Notes under the pieces: model-generated
What the model was told of the DNA's origin: nothing
What the model saw: the letters and a program-made list of their open reading frames with translations, nothing else
Database searches by the model: none
Part shown: positions 62,866 to 64,000 of the stretch, piece after piece
Layout of the letters: each line of letters begins with the position of its first letter
Numbering within the stretch: position 1 is the first letter of the stretch
Translations under genes and position numbers: made by a program
Source of the DNA: Acidimicrobiales bacterium
GTDB taxonomy: Bacteria; Actinomycetota; Acidimicrobiia; Acidimicrobiales; SZUA-35
NCBI GenBank assembly: GCA_020628305.1
Contig: JAHDFH010000003.1
Span: 22,033-86,032, forward strand
DNA length: 64,000 nucleotides
Reading direction: 5' to 3'

Positions 62866-64000
62866 AAACCACTCGACCAAGCGCACCTCTATATCTTGAA
62901 CTGGCCGCCACAGCACTCGTCCCGGCAGCAGCCATAGGCTTCATTAGAGTTTTTGCTGAACGTTCTGATACTTACTTGCTTGTGCTGAGCGCTGTAGCTG
63001 CTAGCGGGCTAAGTATTGGGCTGAGACGTCTGCGCCTTCCTCTCGCTCTTTCATTTGCAATCTCGGTAGCTACCTTAACCTTTGTTCTTACCTGGGGGTT
63101 CTTCTCAGAAACAGCCCTAGGTGGAATCGTTCCTACTCCAGAAACTGTTAGTGAGATAAGCGCAACTCTGGGCGAGCTGGTTGAGGACTTTAGAACCCAG
63201 ACCTCGCCTGTAGACGGCACGGACTCGTTTATGCTCTCAGGCATCACGCTGGCTTGGCTCCTGGCGATCTTGACCGATTGGGGTGCGGTCAAGCTAAAAC
63301 TGGCGTTTGAACCAGTACTTCCAGCGATTTTGCTTTTTGTGTTTGGCTCCATTCCTCCCATAAGCGCTGGTAGTTACACCTTTGAAGCTGCAAGCATTTT
63401 TGGCTTTGCTGTAGCGATATGGGCTGTTGCGCAACGTCATGCTCGGATTAATGCCTCGACTCTTGTTGTGGGATCGAAGAAGCGGACAATGCTGACGAGT
63501 TTGATTGTCGGGGCTGCTCTGATGTCGGCGGGTGCGGTCTTGATTGGTGGGACCTTTGGTGATGAACTTCCATTTGCTAACTCGGAACCAAAAATTGAAT
63601 TGAACTCAGATTTTCGCGAACGAGAGGTTTCTAATCCCTTCATTGATCTAGAACAGCGCCTGGTGGAGCAATCAGACAATTCTCTGTTTTCGGTAACCAG
63701 CAATGCGCGCTCGTATTGGCGCATCGTTGGTCTTGACACCTACAGTAATCGCAACAGCCTTGATCAAGTCACTTCCGTTTGGGAAGTTAGAATAGGTGGC
63801 TCCAACGATAAATCGTCAAGCTTCAACCAACCGGACTCGATTCCAGGTCAGACTATTGAACAAGACATCCAAATCGACTCTCTTGAAGTTAGGACACAAA
63901 GCGGCAACTCCCAGAATGTTTGGATTCCAGCCGCACTTACTCCTACGGCGATTACAGATGATGGTGGGGTAGATCTCTCAACCGACAGCATTACCCAAAC
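62862..64000 (+). CDS. TgpA-like transglutaminase-family membrane protein, N-terminal part (runs off window end)
   Basis: The ATG overlaps the DUF58 stop (ATGA), and the frame stays open to the window end. It is absent from the ORF track because it has no stop. It has about 6 TM helices, then SYWRIVGLDTY, typical of DUF3488/TgpA proteins that follow MoxR-DUF58. The transglutaminase core would lie beyond 64000. Confidence 0.6.
   Translation, partial: MKTTRPSAPLYLELAATALVPAAAIGFIRVFAERSDTYLLVLSAVAASGLSIGLRRLRLPLALSFAISVATLTFVLTWGFFSETALGGIVPTPETVSEISATLGELVEDFRTQTSPVDGTDSFMLSGITLAWLLAILTDWGAVKLKLAFEPVLPAILLFVFGSIPPISAGSYTFEAASIFGFAVAIWAVAQRHARINASTLVVGSKKRTMLTSLIVGAALMSAGAVLIGGTFGDELPFANSEPKIELNSDFREREVSNPFIDLEQRLVEQSDNSLFSVTSNARSYWRIVGLDTYSNRNSLDQVTSVWEVRIGGSNDKSSSFNQPDSIPGQTIEQDIQIDSLEVRTQSGNSQNVWIPAALTPTAITDDGGVDLSTDSITQ

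Noticed and set aside
1-64000. Search for CRISPR arrays, IS elements/transposases, integrases, toxin-antitoxin pairs and known defence genes.
   Set aside because: No regularly spaced direct repeats, inverted terminal repeats or recombinase/nuclease-type ORFs were seen. Every gap longer than 100 bp is accounted for by a tRNA, terminators or promoter regions.

Overview
The window is an almost fully coding chromosomal segment. The largest non-coding gaps are about 100-230 bp, and many neighbouring genes overlap by 1-4 nt. GC is roughly 50% by spot counts. It looks like a streamlined member of the Actinomycetota: FtsZ/SepF/DivIVA without FtsA, a Bpa proteasome activator, an MshD-like GNAT, a DdbA-like histone/DksA fusion, and the gcvH-FHA-DUF151-MerR module.

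Main blocks:
- 1-9.4 kb: GGDEF cyclase, gcvH module, PgsA-like transferase, tRNA-Pro(GGG), DUF3179 lipoprotein, PP2C phosphatase, der.
- 9.5-12.8 kb: FAD-oxidoreductase / DUF1365 / CFA-synthase-like lipid-modification trio.
- 12.8-26.4 kb: ispH, plsC, tyrA, aroH, rluB, scpBA, trpC, ygfZ, trpE, a GroES-fold protein, a secreted CAP-domain protein, nth, GNAT, rlmN, ubiE/menG.
- 26.5-35.6 kb: compact Wzx/Wzy-type polysaccharide locus, the only clearly accessory region.
- 35.6-46.9 kb: dnaE, bpa, AlkP-family protein, lspA, DdbA-like, divIVA, rhomboid-like protein, sepF, yggS, pgeF.
- 46.9-59.8 kb: dcw cluster in the order mraZ-rsmH-ftsL-ftsI-murE-mraY-ftsW-murG-murC-murB-ftsQ-ftsZ.
- 60-64 kb: LplA-like protein and a MoxR-DUF58-TgpA triad, which runs off the window end.

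No CRISPR array, transposase, integrase or recognisable defence system was seen.

Observations most worth follow-up:
- A GroES-fold protein whose C-terminal tail ends G-L-Y-L, the same kind of motif that ends the Bpa homologue (G-V-Y-L) in this window.
- A dcw cluster with no murF or murD but with murB.
- A four-box, 10-bp-phased GTGKN array upstream of mraZ.
- A rhomboid-like protein lacking the catalytic Ser/His, sitting where yggT normally is.
- Two Wzz/BY-kinase-like proteins that both lack the Walker A lysine.
- A UfaD/UfaO/UfaM-like gene trio.

All functional calls come from motif recognition by eye. No database search was run, and start codons are provisional.
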